A stretch of DNA of 63,809 bases, filler included, from Choristocarpus tenellus KU-1152 (lineage: Eukaryota; Protista; Phaeophyceae), in the NCBI GenBank assembly GCA_964200185.2. It is 12 parts of 12 records of this genome, joined end to end, with 100 filler letters (N's around TTAATTAATTAA, not from the genome) between each part and the next. Parts side by side here need not be neighbours in the genome. Positions count along the whole stretch, not along the records: positions 57,894 to 63,809 come from CAXNAD020009424.1; 11 more parts are not named here. One strand, given 5' to 3'. The notes beneath the pieces were generated by a model. It was not told where the DNA came from, did not search any database, and saw only the letters and a list, made by a program, of their open reading frames with translations. Shown here piece by piece: positions 62,596 through 63,809 of this stretch (the first letter of the stretch is position 1; each line of letters opens with the position of its first letter). A program made the position numbers and the translations under genes.

Positions 62596-63809
62596 TGTGC
62601 AAAATAGGACAATAGTGAGGTGTACCTTATTTTGTATATGAGAGATAGTCATTTTGATTAAGTCCATGTGATGTAACTAATGAGAAAGTACATCAGAATT
62701 ATGAATGGAATATGTATAGGTTTGTTGATTTGAATTCAACTACTTTGATTTAATTGTTTACTTCTGTAGGAAGCACAAAAAATAATAAAACAAGCAATGA
62801 GAAGACACCACAAAGGTCACTCTTCTAATGTCAACCATCCATTCTTTTTCACGTTCAGCAAAGGGATCGTGTGAGGCTTCACACCCTCTTATCTTCACTA
62901 CTGAGAAATAGCATTACCTCCCAAGGTAATTTGCACAGGTTATGAGCCAAAGTAGTATGGAGACTGACCTGAAGAAACTTGCTGTCTGGACAGGAGCAAC
63001 AGGAAGGTCATTGGAGACCTGGTCAACTTGGAGACTGTCACTGATCGCCTACACTGGTGGAAAGGGCTTGTACGAGATTACGACAAGGGATTACGAAACT
63101 CCCGAAACACCCACCATCATCTCGGGAGAGGCAGTGCATACAGCACATGCCACATACTCGAAGAATAACAAGGCGATATGGATCCTCCTTCTACAAACAA
63201 CGAAAGCATCAGCATCCATGATTGTAGCCAACTACGAAAATGAGGTCAACCAGACGGCAGAGGAGCTTGGTTGGAACTAGAACGAGTCTACAGTGGACGC
63301 GCGGAGGACGAAATCCTCATACAAATGGTCACGTTGTAGGCAAAACTCCGCGAATTACGGTGCACAGCGTCTCAGGACAGCACCGATTTTGTCGTCAAAC
63401 TCGAACGACTATTTTCGGAATTCGAGGAGCTCAAGGAGCAAAAATCCGACAATATGAAGAGGGCATCTATATTACTTGGGGTCAAGGAATCAATGACACA
63501 CATGTTCGCGCAATTGATAACTCACCCGGACATCAGCTATGAGGAGCTCAAACGATCAGTCATCTCGTCGACAACTTACCTTCACTCGGGTCAAGATCAT
63601 GATGGGGTATTAGCAATGCATGGCAACGTGAAGAACGGCCATGCTCGGAAGACCAGGGAATCAGCTGGAAGCAGCCTCTGGTCAAATCAGTGTGGATATT
63701 GTTTAAGGATGAACCATCGATGGCAGAATTGCTACCGATACTTAAATGGAAAGCCGCCGGCAACACGTCCGCCTGGGATGGCACCCGGAACATTTCCGCC
63801 ACCTCCAAC
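62596..63809 (+). mobile_element. Copia element 5' end: 342-bp LTR (62596-62937), PBS, gag with CCHC knuckle (frameshift plus stop)
   Basis: The LTR is bounded by TGTGCAAA...TTTGCACA. The PBS GGTTATGAGCC is of the copia type (internal tRNA-Met priming). Gag has DGRGAWLELERVY and CGYCLRMNHRWQNC. Confidence 0.92.

Overview
Eukaryotic, repeat-rich genomic DNA. It is most likely from a photosynthetic stramenopile (brown alga or close relative); this is an inference from a signal-peptide plus 'ADAF' plastid presequence and from the TE types. The window is not one locus. It is 12 short contigs joined by artificial 100-nt spacers (44 N + TTAATTAATTAA + 44 N), so synteny cannot be read across the spacers. 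Host genes with GT-AG exon chains checked by hand are: an ARM-repeat protein (4 exons, about 1244 aa), the 5' part of a carotenoid cleavage dioxygenase, the 5' part of a Fused/STK36/TIO kinase, three exons of a CAMK-group kinase, and decayed XK-related and 'CPW'-type ankyrin genes. Most of the rest is mobile DNA: several Copia and Gypsy LTR remnants, CRE-clade (RLE-type) and RTE non-LTR remnants, an IS630/Tc1-like transposase fragment, and two related MITE families with 9 copies each. The best leads are: (i) an unclassified element end (GAATTCGTGAGCAAA module) shared by different subterminal arrays and an orphan ORF; (ii) MITEs with mixed 3-bp and 4-bp TSDs; (iii) a CRE element with twin-priming-like inversion and head-to-tail 3'-end arrays built on TA tails; (iv) a CpG-rich contig of orphan intron-containing genes in an otherwise CpG-decayed genome. 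No CRISPR, rRNA or tRNA gene was recognised.
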